The notes beneath the pieces were generated by a model. That model had not been told where the DNA came from and ran no database searches. It saw nothing but the letters and a program-made list of their open reading frames with translations. Made by a program: the position numbers and the translations under genes. This document shows, piece by piece, positions 33,589 to 34,916 of a DNA stretch of 34,916 nt (the first letter of the stretch is position 1; each line of letters starts with the position of its first letter). Source of the stretch: a virus (taxonomy: Duplodnaviria; Caudoviricetes); IMG/VR virus record IMGVR_UViG_3300029822_000042, positions 1 through 34,916 of that record, one strand, 5' to 3'.

Positions 33589-34518
33589 CTAGAAGAGCCT
33601 CTCGTAATCCGCACAAGCCTCGAGCTGCGCCTTTTTGTCTACGACAATTTCGTGCTTTAGGCAATACCATGTCCCGGCTGTGGCGACGTTGACATGGCGA
33701 CACGACCGACAGGTGCGGACAGGTGCGGCCCTATAGTGGCAGACCTGCTTGTGGTCGCAGAACCGACAGGCGAACCATCCCGGGCTCTTGCTTATTTGGG
33801 GAGGTGGCTCCTCTGCCTTGACAATGAGCCCGCCCCTGTGGACATGGCGCTCGTACATCTCCCGATCGAAGGGCACAAGCTCCATGTAGAGGTCGTCAGT
33901 GTTCTTGTTCACTGCACAGTACAAAGACCACTCGAGACCATAAGTCCCCATGTAGACCTGTTGCTGGACGAAGTGCTCAAACTTCGCTGCACGCACACCT
34001 TCCCCGCCAGGAACCCGCTTACCGTTCTTTTGCGGTGACCCTGCAAGCTTGGCGAACGACTTCTCTCCGTGCGTCTTAAACTCGGTCAGCAGGGCGTCCA
34101 GAGGCATTTCGGGGATGCCCCGGATGACCCCGTCCAGCGATCCGCCGAAGTGACCTCCGTGAGCACCGACCCGGAACTGGCGCCCCTTCTCGTCGTATTG
34201 CCACACGTCGCATCCAATCATCTTCAGCAACGCAACGAATCGTCCTTCCTCAAGATGTCCTCGGTTGAACAGCCGGAGTATGCGTGGCTCCGGCTTTGAC
34301 TCCGTCGCCCATCGGAAGGTGAACCATAACTCACGAGGACACTCGCGGCCTATGAGCGAGGCCCCCAAGTGTGTCCGGAAGCCGCCGTCGTCCTCCCGGT
34401 AGGCATCCTCACAGGCGGCGATGGCCGCCCGGAGGTGCTTGCGGTAGGACGCACCGCCGTCGGCCTTCATCACGTTGTCAATCTTGTCAAGCGTTTTGTG
34501 GGCTATGATAGGGGGCAT
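33589..34518 (-). CDS. Cas4-like PD-(D/E)XK exonuclease
   Basis: HLGAS...CPR.LW, GSLDG, EFKT, QQQVYM, CRFC..KQVC; start MPPIIA coupled to the upstream TGA. Confidence 0.85.
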   Translation of the reverse strand: MPPIIAHKTLDKIDNVMKADGGASYRKHLRAAIAACEDAYREDDGGFRTHLGASLIGRECPRELWFTFRWATESKPEPRILRLFNRGHLEEGRFVALLKMIGCDVWQYDEKGRQFRVGAHGGHFGGSLDGVIRGIPEMPLDALLTEFKTHGEKSFAKLAGSPQKNGKRVPGGEGVRAAKFEHFVQQQVYMGTYGLEWSLYCAVNKNTDDLYMELVPFDREMYERHVHRGGLIVKAEEPPPQISKSPGWFACRFCDHKQVCHYRAAPVRTCRSCRHVNVATAGTWYCLKHEIVVDKKAQLEACADYERLF

Positions 34519-34730
34519 CAGACGGTCCATTCCGTGCCACAGTCGGCGCAGCGGTAGGTCTCCGAAAGTAGGTTCCCCTCTTCGTCTTCTACAACCTTGA
34601 CAAGTCTGGACCCCTCGTGGTAGGCAGCCTCTTTGTTGGGGCTGCACGGTAGACACAGGGAGAACTCTGTGTCCGCGTATTTGAGGCGGTAAGTGCAGCG
34701 GTCGCGTGCTTTCTCGCAAGGGCAAATCAT
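34518..34730 (-). CDS. Small Cys-rich hypothetical protein
   Basis: GGAG RBS; CPC, CLPC, CADC. Confidence 0.6.
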   Translation of the reverse strand: MICPCEKARDRCTYRLKYADTEFSLCLPCSPNKEAAYHEGSRLVKVVEDEEGNLLSETYRCADCGTEWTV

Positions 34731-34749
34731 AGGTATCTCCAGGTAGAAG

Positions 34750-34781
34750 GAGGGGCTTGTTCCGCGTGGAACAAACCCCTC
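34750..34781 (-). terminator. Hairpin/terminator after the SSB-like gene
   Basis: 14-bp stem with one imperfect pair, GAGGGGCTTGTTCC/GGAACAAACCCCTC. Confidence 0.6.
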
Positions 34782-34801
34782 GGGTTACTTCGTCGAGCTA
34801 G

Positions 34802-34915
34802 CTACTTCTGAGCCCAGGGCGGGACCGCGGCACTGGCAGGCTGCTGCTGGGGCTGCTGCCAAGGGGCAGCGGGCTGGGCGGCCTGCTGCGGCTGACCCTG
34901 CCAGGGGGCCTGCTG
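34802..34915 (-). CDS. C-terminal tail of a probable DUF669-type single-stranded DNA-binding protein (truncated by the window)
   Basis: QQAPWQGQPQQAAQPAAPWQQPQQQPASAAVPPWAQK*; Gln/Pro tail with PW motifs upstream of nuclease and helicase genes. Confidence 0.6.
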   Translation of the reverse strand, partial: QQAPWQGQPQQAAQPAAPWQQPQQQPASAAVPPWAQK

Positions 34916-34916
34916 C

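Noticed and set aside
33589-34518. Cas4-like nuclease as a sign of a CRISPR-Cas system
   Set aside because: No repeat-spacer array or other cas genes were seen; solo Cas4-like nucleases are common in phage recombination modules
34519-34725. N-terminal extension of the nuclease ORF
   Set aside because: Overlaps the 70-aa Cys-rich gene, which has the better RBS; TGATG coupling supports ATG 34518
1-34916. Prophage integration module
   Set aside because: No integrase, repressor, att-like site or clear host genes were recognised; lifestyle cannot be determined from this window

Overview
A 34.9-kb segment of a GC-rich tailed phage genome with a contractile (myovirus-type) tail, made of two convergent arms. 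The + strand (1-20.4 kb) carries a Tad2-like anti-defence gene, then portal, minor head, DUF2213 protease-like and scaffold genes, a decoration protein and the major capsid protein. These are followed by neck, sheath, tube, a frameshifted tail chaperone, tape measure, baseplate, tail fibre and a membrane (lysis-like) gene. The - strand (20.7-34.9 kb) carries an SSB-like tail, a Cas4-like nuclease, a RadD-like helicase and three paralogous small DNA-binding-like proteins with sigma70-type promoters. It continues with a 7-deazaguanine DNA-modification cluster (queE, queC, queD, folE, dpdA-like), a minimal nucleotidyltransferase, a beta-clamp-like protein and a family A DNA polymerase. The most unusual locus is inside the modification operon. 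A 70-nt tRNA/tmRNA-like RNA structure sits between folE and the RBS of the TGT-fold dpdA gene, the DpdA ends in a clamp-binding-like motif (QITLF) close to a phage-encoded clamp, QueC lacks all its zinc ligands, and an orphan nucleotidyltransferase follows. No terminase, endolysin, integrase or CRISPR array is recognisable in the window. All calls come from motif recognition and synteny read by eye; no database search was run.
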